From the NCBI RefSeq assembly GCF_006345805.1, contig NC_042997.1, positions 84,010,001 through 84,074,000 of the forward strand: a DNA stretch of 64,000 bases, in the 5' to 3' direction. Shown piece by piece: positions 1-12,640 of the stretch. The notes below the pieces were generated by a model. That model saw nothing but the letters and a program-made list of their open reading frames with translations. It was not told the DNA's origin and searched no databases. Position 1 is the first letter of the stretch, and the number at the start of each line of letters is the position of its first letter. This stretch comes from Octopus sinensis (lineage: Eukaryota). The position numbers and the translations under genes were made by a program.

Positions 1-3
1 TGC
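1..3 (-). CDS. TMEM135: Possible first codon (GCA, Ala) of the next TMEM135 exon, running off the window
   Basis: Minus strand reads ..aaaccttacatcag|GCA at the window edge. A phase-0 Ala fits the vertebrate continuation ATETLFRM, but the polypyrimidine tract is weak and only 3 nt are visible. Confidence 0.25.
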
Positions 4-541
4 CTGATGTAAGGTTTTATTTTTGATATAAATGGAACAATTCAAATAGCCAGCATGGGAATATGAAAATATTGGTATATTGGATGGAATAAGTTGCAGC
101 TTTGAGATTTAAAAAAAAAATAAAACAAAATACAATAACAATAATAAAACAATAACTACTTAAAACCAATCACCTGAAGTATAGTAATATTGGAACCACT
201 TAAAATAGTAAGCTACAGTACACAAATATTACATCTTAGGCTGTCAGGCAGCAATATTTTATCTCTAACTTTATAATTCAATAAAAATGTTTGTAATATC
301 AACAACAACGTTCATACTCTCTATTCATAATGCTAATTCTATGGTATATTGTTAAGACATAATATGATATTTAAATATTGAAGTTTATGAGTGAAATGGC
401 TGCAGTATCAACAATAGAGCTTAAACATTAGATGAAAAGCAGTCACTTTCTTGAGATGGCTGCGTTTGCTGAAAACTCACAGTTCAGCTCCTGATGAATC
501 ATATGATCTAATTTAAAGTCCTGGAATATATCATAGGTTCA

Positions 542-880
542 GGGGCACAGTTGTGTGGCAAGAAGCTTGCTTCCTAACCACATGGTTCCAGGTTCAGTCC
601 CATTGCATGGTACTTTGGGCAAGAGTCTTCTACTATAGTCCCAGGCTGATCAAGGCCTTGTGAGTGAATTTGGTAGATGGAAACTGAAAGAAGCCTGTCG
701 TGTGTGTGTGTGTGTGTGTGTGTTAGTGTGTGTGTTTGTGTTTGTCCCTCACCATCACCACCACTTGACAACTGGTGCTGGTGTGTTTATGTCCCCATAA
801 TTTAGCAGTTCAGCAAAAGAGACTGATAGAATGAGCATCAGGCTTTAAAAAATAAGTACTGGGGTTGATACATTCAACTT
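542..880 (+). mobile_element. tRNA-derived SINE, family A (head, internal (TA/TG)n tract, conserved tail), 3'-truncated
   Basis: Head gttgtgtggcaagaag..ggttcagtccc (Pol III B box), then gggcaagagtcttc and an internal microsatellite. Same structure as many copies in the window. Confidence 0.85.
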
Positions 881-896
881 CTCTCTATCTGGTGGG

Positions 897-1277
897 ATTG
901 CTAGAAATATGAGTCAAAACAACTCTTAGCCATGGGAATGCACTTATCTTATGACTGACAAGGGAGGCAGGCTCCTTAAGTCACTTTAGTGATGTCTATA
1001 GCTCTGATTTTTGGTTGTAAATTGCAAATAACCCACCTTTATTATTTATAATTTTCACTTTAACCATTTATGAAATCATTGTGAGATTTCTACAGTAACT
1101 CATAAATAAACAAGGCAAGCTATCTTAACCCTAGGCAGCTGAGAGCCACTGACAAGCATTAATCAAATGCGAAATCACTGGGGATCTGGCTATGCTCTGG
1201 ATGTTGCCTCCCTTGTCAGTCGTAAGATAAGTGTGTTCCCATGGCTAAGAGCTTGTTTGACTTGTATTTCTAGCAAT
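897..1277. mobile_element. MITE with ~73-bp terminal inverted repeats and an imperfect 9-bp TSD (Mutator-like)
   Basis: 897-969 (attgctagaaat..gacaagggaggca) is inverted at 1205-1277. Flanks tctggtggg / gctggtggt match at 7 of 9. Confidence 0.7.
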
Positions 1278-1286
1278 GCTGGTGGT

Positions 1287-3499
1287 CAGTGATGGATCTA
1301 CAATATTGGGCCCCTGAAGCTTAAAATATTATGCGGGCCCCTTTACAGCCAGCAACAGTAGGATAAAATCTAACAAGGGTCAAAGAATTTTCATGCCTTT
1401 GCAAGGAACTCCAGCTTGAAGCCCTGATAGCCAAAATGGTGGAGTTGTGACGTGAGTCTTTGCATCTCGCTTACATTCAGGCTTCTCTTCTGAGTCTTCA
1501 AACATATGTTTGAGAGTTTGTAAGATATCCCTTTATCCATTTTTAATTGCCCATTCTGCTTCATAGTGTGCAACCCATCTAGTTACATTTAAGCTCTTTA
1601 GAGAAAAGGCTAGTTTGCTCTGTATGTTCAAAATCATCCTGTCTTCGAGAAGATTCAGGAAAGAAAACATATAGCTGTTGCAAGATGCCAAACTAGCCAA
1701 CAACTTCAGGTACAGCGGACACTGCCTTTTACCAAACAAGGTTGAGTGAATGGCTTCCACATAGTACATAGTCTGCATACTTGTTAATGTTTTTAAAAAG
1801 TGCTTGCAGTCCTTTCTCCGTGCCCTTCATGTTGGATGCATTATTGTATGACTGACAACAGATATTTTCAAGTGAAAGCTTATGCTCCTCCAGAAATTGT
1901 TATTTTGTGGAACAAGGGTGTGGATGAATGTTTTCTATAAACAAAAATGCTAAAAATCTCTCACAGGGTTTTCCATTATAACAGTATCGAATCACACTCA
2001 TACCAGCTTTACCAGCTGGTCAACATGTGTAGTGTCAACAATAACTGAGTAGTATTTGATGTCGAGGCTGTTGATCTGATTCACCACTTTATCTTTCACA
2101 TGTTTTCCAATGACTTCTATCAATTCTTCATATACAGATTTGGATAGGTAAGTAATATTTACTTTTTCATTTTTACATTTCTCTAAACGTTCATGTAAAA
2201 ATGGGTCAAACTCCACATTAAGCTGAATGGCCCCCATGAAATTTCCATCGTTTGGAGAACCCCACTTTTCCTCATGACCTCTAAATGCTAAATCTCTTTC
2301 ACTTAAAAATCTTATCTGCTACAACTCTTCTTAGTACTGCACATGTTTTCTCAACTGTTCCTCATGTTGCTGATCTGCAGTGTTTTTGTTTGACTTTCAT
2401 GTTAGCCAGCTCAACATCACAATTATGTTCCATGCTGTCATGATTTTCCAGAGTTCTGAGTGTATTCATCCAATCAGAAAACCTACCCATTCTAAGTGAT
2501 ATAGGCCAGTTAGAAAACAGTTTGCTCTTTGAGTAAACTAACCATGATCTCATCACAGTCTGACAATTTTCCAATCTTTTTCAAAATACTTGTTTGAAAA
2601 ACTGCGATTTTGCTGTTTGTAAATCTTGTTGGATTCAGTATATACATTATCTGGTTTTTTATTTTGAAAAAATTGATGTCTTGCATTAAACAGTTTTGTA
2701 TGAAATCATTACCAATTGCTACGGACCAGTTTGCCAGGTCACTGTATTCTTTGAAATCACTAAATTTGCTTTCTGTTTCTTGTTTCTGCTCTCTCTTTTC
2801 TCAAAGTTCTTGATCACCTTGATCATCATCTGCACCAAAAGTGTCAACAGTAGGTTAATTATTGTTAAACAGAGCACTCGTGGTTTGCACACTATCATTG
2901 ACTTCACTGGTGCTTGCATGGCTTGTTTCAGTTGCAGGTGATGACAAACTTTTACCTGACATTGTAAAATAGTTTGATAGTTATTTTATTGACAATTAGA
3001 AATTTTATTAGATTGCTTTTCCTTGAGTCAGTGTTTCTGATATGCACTTAAGTACTTTCTTGAAGACATTGCTGTCCTCTTGGAGCCTAAACCTCTGTGA
3101 AAAAAACTTGGGGTAATATTTTCATTAGCCACAGCAAGACAGAGATTGATCAAGATAAAGGTCCACAACTTAATATATAGTCATAAATGAAGAATTGTTC
3201 ATTTTGTACAAGGTAATATTCAAACAATTTTTGAAGTAGAAAAACTGTTTTGCTTCTGAACAAGTTGTAAGTCCAAAAATAGGAGGCATTTGGTGTGAAA
3301 ATAAGAATTCTTATCTCTACCATGCTGATGTAGTAGTAAGCATATTTGACAATGGGAGGGCAGGGCTGAAGTTTCCAAAGTAATTCAAGTAAAGCGAATT
3401 ATCTGTGCGTCATTTGTACTTTTATTTTTTATGCTTCTCCACACCAGCAAAAACAGCTTAAGTTTAAGCATCATTAGTTTTATGGTAGATCCGCCACTG
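1287..3499 (-). mobile_element. Degenerate hAT DNA transposon (ZMYM1/Tip100-like transposase pseudogene)
   Basis: TIRs cagtgatggatctac (1287-1301) and gtagatccgccactg (3485-3499); degenerate 8-bp flanks ctggtggt/caggtact. Broken minus-strand ORFs carry hAT motifs: RSWLVYSKSK (TTF-type finger region), FDPFL..TYLSK..EELIEVIGK..YYSVIVDT..HVDQL (DUF4371-like) and LKSLNVTRW.AHYEA. Confidence 0.9.
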
Positions 3500-4989
3500 C
3501 AGGTACTAACTAGTACTCCTAGTCACTTTTATATATATAGATATAATATGGACATACTCTCACACACATATGCATACATATTTAATCATGTATATGTATT
3601 TTATGTGTGTGTGATAACAATGGAAATATACCAAAATATGGAATAATATCTACGATAATAAAAGAAGTACAAAAGTGCTGAAAGCAAAATAAAAAAAAAA
3701 TTTGACATAAATAAATCAATCTGGAACAAAACATCCAACTTTTCAATGTGATATGATTCATTACCTAAAGAAAGAAAATAAATTTTTACAGCAAAAACGA
3801 AGGTAAACAGAGGAAATTTTTACTTGGAGAAAAGAGGCTTATGCTGAAAAAGCTTTCTTCCTTTTTTTTAAATTTCTATGTTTACAGTTTGCATATCTGA
3901 GTTTATATGCACAATCTTTCCCCCTTTTGCATGTACATATCTTTACGTGATAATATATGTACATTTAAAATGAATACAAATATATACACACACACACACA
4001 CACACTATAAAACAACTATACACAGACACACAAATACACACAGACATACATACTCAAATAAACATTTTTTTGTTATCTTCATTTTTATGGTGCAAAAGTC
4101 TGATAGTTACAGGTGGATTCGGAAGATTTGCAATAATGGAACAACAAACTTAACCTTATCGCATGGTCTGATTTGAGAAAATGTTCTGCTTCTTTAGTTA
4201 ATGGTGCCTTGGGAGAGCAACATGGGTGGAAGTATATGAAAGAAGTGCCAAATATATGAAGGATTTAATGAAATGTATAAGGAATGAGAACAACAGGGTT
4301 CAGTTTTTCCAGCAGATGCAGAGTGCTGAGGGTTTCTGGCTAAATCAATGATATCCTACCAAGCTGGCATTCAACTTACAAAGGATAGCTGAGCTGGGAT
4401 TTGTGAGCTGCAGAAAAAAAGCAGAGAATATTTTACTGCTTTATCATGAATATATATGGCTGAGGCATGAAAGAGAAAGACCAAAGCAGAAAATGCAGAA
4501 CAAATCACCAGCAAATAGTAAAGCATAATAGATACTGCATGGCTGATGTGTTTACAGCAGATCTCAGTTTGACTTGATGGCTGCATAGAATAACTGGAGA
4601 GAGAAATTAAACCTGTCACACTACAGGTTAAAAGAACTTGGACATTCCTTGGTAGCATCATTGCTGTTGGTAAGTCCTAAAATCTATTTTGAACTCAGCC
4701 AATAATTGGTGAAGAGAATTCCCTGCAATGCTAGATGCATATAGAATATGTAAAAGCTACTGTAAAAATATGGAAAATAAGAAAACTTATCTTTTGGATA
4801 CTTTCAGAGCTGCACAATAAGCTATATACATAAGGCAAATAAGAAAATGGAGAGGATAAATAATTGACAAACATCAGCCTGTAAACATTCAATTATATCT
4901 ATTAATATCCCTTAGATGGTTACTTAACCTCTAACTCATACAGACAGATATATATATATATACATATATATATGTTTGTATATATGAAA

Positions 4990-5240
4990 GCGTAGTAAGA
5001 AGTTTGAATCCAACTACATGGTTCCAAGTACAGTCGCACTGTATGGCACCTTAGACAAGTGTTTTCAACTATATCCCCAGGCTGACCAAAGTCTTGTGAG
5101 TGGATTTGTATGTGTGTGTGTGTGTGTGTACACATGTATATAAGTATATATTTAACTATGTGTAGTGTGCCTTTGTGCTTGTTTCTCCAAATCCTTTTAA
5201 CTTAGCAGTTCAGAAAAAGAAACCAATATAATAAGTAGAA
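4990..5240 (+). mobile_element. SINE family A, degenerate copy
   Basis: gtagtaagaag..catggttcc..ggcaccttagacaagtg..(TG)n..aacttagcagttc. Confidence 0.7.
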
Positions 5241-5249
5241 AAAAAGACC

Positions 5250-5545
5250 CCTGTCAGTCATAAATGACCAAAGGATTGCACCTAGAAAGTTACCCTTAGA
5301 GACACAAGTTTGGACAAAGTTTTCTTGTGGAAGGACAGCTGTCATCCATACATACTGGTCTCCCCTATCCATGCCACTGATGTTATCCAGTGACATCGCA
5401 ACTCATTTCTAAAGCTGAGTGAACTAGAGTGACGGGAAATAAAGGGTCTTGCTCAAGAAAACAACACACAGCCTGGTCCAGGAATTGAACTCACAACCTC
5501 ATGATTATAAGCCTGACATTCTAACCAGCTGAGCCACATGCCTTC
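5250..5545 (-). mobile_element. tRNA-derived SINE with CORE-like segment (family G)
   Basis: Reverse strand shows a tRNA-like head (gtggctcagctggttagaatg..gagttcaattcc) followed by ttcttgagcaagaccc. Related to 12305-12640 and 41290-41630. Confidence 0.65.
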
Positions 5546-5689
5546 ACAAAAGTGTGCATGTATTAGTGCTGCAGGCAATTTGTTCGACTAAAACCCTTAA
5601 AGACAGTATCCCAGAATGGCCGCAGCCAATGACTGAAGCAAGTAAAAGATTTTCATCACAGTTTCTTGACTGTAAGGAAAGGTTTGCAG

Positions 5690-5890
5690 TTCTCACATAT
5701 AGTAGAACTGACTAAAATTATTCAAATTGTTCACCACTCAGTATTCATCTTTACACTTACAACTTCTTTATTTAGAAGCATCTTTAAGTAACTGTACCTT
5801 ATTCTTCATCTCTTCTTCACCTTTGTAATACTCCTCTCTGACTTGCTCTTTCAACATTTTTTTATCAGAATTCTTTTTATTTGACTTCAT
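5690..5890 (-). mobile_element. Possible highly decayed non-LTR retrotransposon (R4/Dong-like) coding fragment
   Basis: Minus frame MLKEQVREEYYK.. resembles the K-EYYRRV motif found after the RT in R4-type elements. Weak. Confidence 0.3.
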
Positions 5891-5939
5891 TTACAAATTT
5901 TCCTTATTTTCTATTTAAGTTCTTGTTGCTGTTGTTCTT

Positions 5940-6835
5940 ATTGGCAGAATCATCAGCATACCGGACAAAATACTTCACAGCACCATGTCTGTCTCTAAGT
6001 TCTGATTTCAAATTCTGCCATGATTGACTTCGTCTTTCATCCTTTCAGAGTTCAATAGAATAAATACCAGTTGAGTGCTGGAGTTGAAGTAATAGACTTC
6101 TGCTGCCAAACCTGACAGCCTTGTGCCAAAATTTGAAACTATTATTATTATTATTATTATTATGATTAAGTCAGTGCACTGGCAGGATTGTCAGCATGCT
6201 GAACAAAATGCTGCTAAGCATTTTGTCTGTCTCTGAGTTCAAATTCTATTGAGGTCGACCTTGGCTTTCATCCCAACAGGGTCAACAAAATAAGTATCTG
6301 CTGAACACTGGGGTCAATGCAATTGAACAGCCCCTCCACTAAAAAAATCAGACCTGGTGTCAATAGTAGAAAGGATTATCATTATTATTATTATTATTAT
6401 TGAGTGAGAGAGCAGTGCATGCCATCAAAGTGACACTGGGGTAAAATATATGAAGCCCAGTATACCCATCACGACTACCCATCTGATAAGGGTACACCAG
6501 GCACATGCATCACAACCATATATGCGCGACATGGTGATCTCATGTCAAGATAAACAGCGCATGACCTTGCAGGTGGGGCCCAGTTAGAATTTTCTTCTGG
6601 TTGAGTAGCCCATCCCACTCAAAAGGTCCCTTTATTATTATTATTAAGGTGGTGAGCTGACAGAATCATTAGCAGCACTTCCTCCAGCTCTTTATGTCTT
6701 GGGTTCAAATTTCACTTTCAACTTTTCAGGATTGATAAAATAAGTACCAGTTGAACACTAAGGTCAATGTAATTTGACTTACACCCTCTCTTAAAATTGC
6801 TGGCCTTGTGCTAAAATTGGAAAGAATTATTACAA
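5940..6835 (+). mobile_element. Cluster of three family B SINEs (Nin/Deu-domain-like; ~5940-6140, 6170-6375, 6648-6835) plus a reversed family E tail fragment (6405-6632)
   Basis: Repeated ctggcagaatc.ttagca..gagttcaaattc..gactt.gcctttcatcc..gataaaataagtaccagttg motif, separated by (ATT)n tails. Confidence 0.8.
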
Positions 6836-7942
6836 TTATATTCTAGCCCTAACAACTTGCTGGCCTTTATCCTTTTATCTTACCACTACTTTTTATTTGC
6901 CAGATTTGAAAAAGATTAGTAGAATTTCAGATCAGATACAGAATATTATCGTGACATCCATCAAAGTAATAATCACAATAATAATATTAGTGGTTTTTAT
7001 ATTGGCAATTATAAATTGGATAGTTTATTAACATCACTTACACTGACTTTAATACATGGCACTATTGTGACAGTGGCTGTTAGAATTTAGCTCCAGATCA
7101 ATTCTGATCAAGCAGACCTACAATGAAATGGTTCCAGTCATGACCATCTTGTATATCTAGAATTACATTTTTCCAAATGTCCTTCCTCCCCACGTTTTTT
7201 TATTATAAGCTGATATGGTGTGATTTATAGAAGGTTGCACAACTGGATGGCAGCTCTAATATTAAAAAATATACGATGAAATTCATTAATAGTGAAGGAG
7301 CTTGAACAACAGCATAAATCAAGTGTCTCATCTGTTACACATCTATCATTCAATGGTTTCAAACAAAACAGATATAAATACTTCCCAACCTGGTTTACAA
7401 AAATTTTAAATTGGGACAAAACTAAAAATAATTAACCAAATAAAATAAATTAAATAAATAAATAAACAAATATGCAAGTAAATGACCCTGACATCATCAT
7501 CATTACCATTTAATGTCTATGTTTTCATGCTTGCATGATTTGGAAAGAGCTTATTTAAGCAGATTTTCTATGGCAGAATGTCCTTTTTGTCATCAGCCTT
7601 CACTAGTTTCTCAGCAAGTTAATATTTTCCCATGGCCAGGCGTTTCCACAGAATATAGGAAATGAAAACCATTCTTTTGCAACAATCATGTGATGTCAAG
7701 ACTAAGAGAAACAAACACTTTCACACTCAAAAACACAACAGGCTTCTTTTCAGTTTTCCTCTACAAATCAATAATAATCAATCACAGCAACCATGCCACT
7801 ACTGCATCCTGTTGAAGGGTGATTGGAATTAATATCAAGACAACTAACAGTTTAATAATATATAAGGTAAAACAGTCTAAAACACAGTGATGAGTATGTT
7901 TTAGGATTCATTAGTTTAGGTCTGAGATAGCCTATAGTTTAA

Positions 7943-8164
7943 CCCTTTCGTTACCAACCCGGCTGAAGCCGGCTCTGGCTCTGTAGTACAAATGTCTTGT
8001 TTTCATGAGTTTCAAATTAAAATCTTCCACCAAACCTTAGTCACAGTTTATATTCCTAACACTAGCTTAATGATAACTAAGTTATTTTACTAAATTCTTT
8101 GTTATATTTAAAATTAATTGAATGAAACACAGAGCGTCTCAACATAAATACAGTAACGAAAGGG
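7943..8164. mobile_element. piggyBac-type MITE (222 bp)
   Basis: TTAA TSD (7939-7942, 8165-8168) and TIR ccctttcgttac..gtaacgaaaggg. Confidence 0.9.
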
Positions 8165-8707
8165 TTAAAGGTGTTTCATGAAATAATAGTGCTCATATTA
8201 AATCCTTCTTTGTACAAACTCTAGGCATGTATAAAGGAGTAAGAAGAAACAAGAATATTTTCTGGGCAATCCATTTGACAAGTTTGAGAAATGATGTTTT
8301 CAAGCATGTTTTCATGCTTGCAGAAGAGACCAGGGTATGGCTTTATTGTTATGAGCAGCAGGAATGCATCAGAATTAGCAACTGTTTTGTCACCTTGCAA
8401 TTATAGAATTATTAAAATGCAAATGGAGCTTCAAGTTTTGAAGAGACTAGTTTAATCAGATAATATGAAAAACCAATTTTGTAGTGGAAAATTACTCATC
8501 AACAATAGCAACAATAACAAGTTATCTTCTTACATGCTATTTCACAATAATTTTTAACAAATGGATGCTAGGTCAAAGTTAAATGGACATTTACTTTTTT
8601 TTTTTTATTCTTTTATTTCAGACAATAATTAGAAATTTAATCTTTTCTAAATCTCAAAATAACTTTTCATTATTCCTTAATAATGAATAGATGGATGTTT
8701 TACTCAC

Positions 8708-8741
8708 CAAGTTAGTCACATAGAGCGCTAAGAGACCACGT
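8708..8741 (-). CDS. TMEM135: TMEM135 internal coding micro-exon (34 nt, phase 2/0): (R)RGLLALYVTNL
   Basis: Acceptor tttaaatttatttttatccag, donor TTG|gtgagt. AG from the upstream exon plus A gives AGA (R), producing ERKSRRGLLALYVTNL, like vertebrate ERKSRRGLLTIYMANL. Confidence 0.9.
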
Positions 8742-9359
8742 CTGGATAAAAATAAATTTAAAAAATGTTAATTAAACAGATAATAAAAATGGAAATGCAG
8801 AATTAATAAATTCTCAGATTGATTCTGGAGGGGGAAAATTAAAATATATAAGCAACCACTATAAAAATCTATATACTGAGTCAGTCTACTATTTCACTGA
8901 GTAGCTTAAAATATGACTTGCCACCAAGACAATACATTAAATCAGTAATTTGCAATAATCAAATGGTAGTAGGACAAGCTAGATGGGTCCTCTAATAGGC
9001 AAAGGGGTACTTGAAGCTTAAAAAAAAAAAATCATGCGTATCTTACTTCTTTACATCTATAACTACATTGAATATTTTAAGGAATATGAATAAACCTGTT
9101 TTGTGAAATGAAATGAATCAAACTATGAACCATAGGTATAACCTACTTTAGAAGTAAGTGTATATCTTCAGGTTGTCTAAGGTAATGATGAAATGATTCA
9201 CTCTCCTATGGCAGCAGTAACTGTTAAAGGGGTCATGTGTCTGAAAAATTCTAGCTATGAATTCATGAAAATTCATTTTAAACTGCTGATGATGGTCAAG
9301 ACATATGTGCTTATGAACAGATGTCTGCTCCACCACACAAATGATCAAATATCAGTATA

Positions 9360-9564
9360 TGAGGGGGTGCAGAAAAGTTCCTGGCTTTGGCTAAAAGAAA
9401 ATACAGGAGGATCAATTAATTACAATTTTCTTCTCTCAGATACACATGCTTATTGCAGTGGTCCTTCAGATTTTCTAAGCCCAGTAAAAGAACTTAGAAG
9501 GTTGAGCCTCTAACTAGGCCTTTCACAATACCCTTAAAGCCAAGAACTTTTCAGCACCCCCTCA
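9360..9564. mobile_element. Tc1/mariner-type MITE (205 bp)
   Basis: TA TSD; ~28-bp TIR tgagggggtgcagaaaagttcctggcttt..aaagccaagaacttttcagcaccccctca. Confidence 0.9.
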
Positions 9565-11861
9565 TAATATAATATATACAGAATATATGAAAAAAATTAA
9601 AAAATACAGATTGAAACAAATGTCTACTCTGCAAAGAATACACCAGAAAATGGTGAGTAAAGTTGTTTGTAGCTAAAATTAAAATTATTGGCTATTATAA
9701 GACATTTTACTAAATTAAGCTGTTGAGCTGTCTTGCATTTTTCAGAAAGGTACAGAATATAATTGACAAACAGTAAGACAGGTAGACAGTTTTATTACAT
9801 AACCAAAGACATAGCACTAAAAAATTATAGTTTATATTAATGAGTTTTTGTTTAAAGAATGAATATATATTCTATGAATTAAGACAAAACATTTGACAGC
9901 AAAAGGTTGACCAATGTATACAAACACAGAGTCACATGAAACGACAAAAAGAAATATCATGAAATTCTTGCAACAAATGTGAACTTAAACAGATGTGAAC
10001 CAGTAGTGTAACAACTTATGTAGAGTTGACCTCTTGGAAACAAAATTAAATACTTTTTTTTTAAAATTGTCTTTCCATGAGAATTTTGATTACACTATTT
10101 CAATTTAGGTGATGATATAAGACACAAAAACAAGACACAAAAACAAAAAGTGAGAAGAGAAGAAACACAGAGAATGGATGCCAGGATGCTAAATGGACTT
10201 CTGATGATAAATGTGACATATGAGGATAATGATGAAGAACATAATGGTAGTGTTTATGTGATAGTAAAGAAGATAATAGCAGGTTCTGTGATAGAGGTGG
10301 TGATGATGGTAGAGATGATGATGATGATGATAGGAATAGTAGTAGTTTAATGGTAGTACAATTCATGATAGGAGAGTGTAAAGATAACAATGATGATGCA
10401 GAATGATGAAGGTAGTTGAAGTAGTGGTGATAATAAAGAAACAGATGACGATGGTGATGATAATGATGATGATAACAATGACAACAATAATAATGGAGAT
10501 GTTGATGGGTAGTGTTAGTTATGATGATGAGAATGGTGGGGATGTACATAATGGAGCTGATATTGTCAACAACAGCAATGCTGAAACAGCGATGGTGTAG
10601 GAATTTATGAGAATGATGCAAGCAGTAATATTTATCATTTGAAGAGTGGGTGAAGCTAGAAAGTTATTATAAATCTACTTCTTGTTTTTGGCTGTCATTT
10701 TTCTTTTTCTTTTTTTCTTTTTTTACATTGTATTTATAGTTGCAAACGATCAATTATGAGTCAATATGTTTTAGAGCTTGAAAGTTTTTCCATCAAGTGT
10801 CATAAATTCTACAGAGTTAATCCACATTCAGCAGATATGGTTTTGCCCAGTAAAGCCTGCTGTCAAGAACTTACTGGCAACCGTGTCTTTCCAATACCCC
10901 CACAACAAACTTGGAGTAAAAAAAAAAGTGGTTTTATTTATTTATATATTTTGTAAAACCTGGCTGAATTCTAATCAGTTTAAAAACTGAAAGACAATTT
11001 ATGTAACCTTATGTAAAATTCCATTTCTGCACAGAATCATTAATTTAATCACAGACTTTGTGACTAGCATACAAGTGAATAGCTTAAATATATGTAAAAG
11101 CATTTTTTTTTTAGTTTCACAGAATTTTTTTTATCATGCTAACATTAGAGGGGTAATTTTTTTATTTTTTTTATATACATTTAAACTAAAAAAATATTTT
11201 TATTTCTAGATACCCACTGCTACTTCTAACCACAGTTAAGAAATAGGAGCAGAATTTGTTTTGCCATGTAAACTGGAACAAGAAGAGTTGTTGATATCTT
11301 TTAATCTCTGGTCAGTCCTGATTAAGCAAACCTATGATGAAAGGTGATCAAGCTGTAACATCCTATCTTTTTGTATGTCAATGAATTGGTTGTCTGTTGG
11401 GAGCTTTTATGTTTTTAAGATGAAAGGGTGTAATTTGAAGGAAATTGGAATTTTATTTCTACCAAGTTATACTGAGAAAATACAGAGTCATATTGGCAAA
11501 TTTATATGCTTTGCACAAAGGCACAATACAGTGGTTTATTGTAATAAGGTCTGAAGTCACTGTCACAAGACCAGTAGCACAGCACCTTAATATCAAAAGC
11601 TTTGAGACTATAGATTTATAAATATAAGGATTTCTAGCTTGGCTAGAAGTTTTAGGGTAGAGAACAGCCACAGTAAATGACTGGTACTTTATCTTATTGG
11701 TCACAAAAGGATGAAAGACAAAGTTGATCTGAACATCTTATTGAGGTCAACTTTGCAGAGCTGAAATAAATACTGCAAAACATCTTGTGCAATATGCTAA
11801 CAATCTAACATCCATATAAACTATGAAATAATAATAATAAAGAAACCTTTATATTGATCAT

Positions 11862-12292
11862 AGGTTTGTGTGAGGAAATGTGCCTTGCTTACCAACCATG
11901 TGGTTCTAGGTTCCTTCCCACTGCATGGCACCTTGGGCAAGTGTCTTCTACTATAACCTCAGGCCGACCAAAGTCTTGTGAGTGGATTTGGTAGACAGAA
12001 ACTGAAAGAAGCCCATTGTGTATATATATATATATATATATATATGTGTATATATGTATGTATGTGTGCATGAGTGTGTGTGTGTGTTTATTTGTTTGTG
12101 TTTGTCCCCCGAACATCGCTTGACAATTGATGGTGGTGTGTTTATGTCCCCGTAACTTAGCGGTTTAGCAAAAGAGACTGATAGAATAAGTACTAGGCTT
12201 ACAAAGAATAAGTCCTGGGATCGATTTGCTCGACTAAAGGCGGTGCTCCAGCATGGCCACAGTGTCAAATGACTGAAACAGGTAAAAGAGTA
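11862..12292 (+). mobile_element. SINE family A, near full length
   Basis: Head, internal (TA)n(TG)n tract, and tail ..gtcctgggatcgatttgctcgactaaaggcggtgctccagcatggcc.. Confidence 0.85.
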
Positions 12293-12304
12293 ATTCTGTA
12301 ATAT

Positions 12305-12640
12305 CAGCAAGTAAGTAGCACTCTGTTGCTTATGACAATAAGGATTCCAGTTGATCCAATCAATGGAACAGCCAGCTTGTGAAATTAACATGCAAGTCAC
12401 TGAACACTCCACAAACACATATACTCTTAATGTAGTTCTCCAGGAGATTCAGTGTGACACAATTTGACAAGGCTAGCCCTTTGAATTATAGATACAACTC
12501 ATTTTTGCCAGCTAAGTGGACTGGAGCAACATGAAATAAAGTGTCTCACTCAAGGACACAATGCACCACCAGGAATCAAACTCAAGACCCTACCATCATG
12601 AGCTGAATAACTCTAACCACTAAATCATGTTCCTTCAGTA
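12305..12640 (-). mobile_element. SINE family G (tRNA head plus CORE-like segment)
   Basis: Reverse strand: gatttagtggttagagttattcagctcatgatggtagggtcttgagtttgattcc..gtgtccttgagtgagacacttt. Confidence 0.75.

Noticed and set aside
488-520. CTGATGA hammerhead-like starts here, at ~9286 and at ~14375
   Set aside because: No correctly placed GAAA, stem III or closing stem I.
4380-4407. 28-nt minus-strand segment with good acceptor and donor
   Set aside because: The in-phase peptide LTNPSSAIL does not resemble TMEM135 and it would shift the frame; there is no other support.
10100-10621. 173-aa His/Ser-rich minus-strand ORF
   Set aside because: Degenerate (GAT/CAT)n low-complexity tract; no recognisable domain or splice context.
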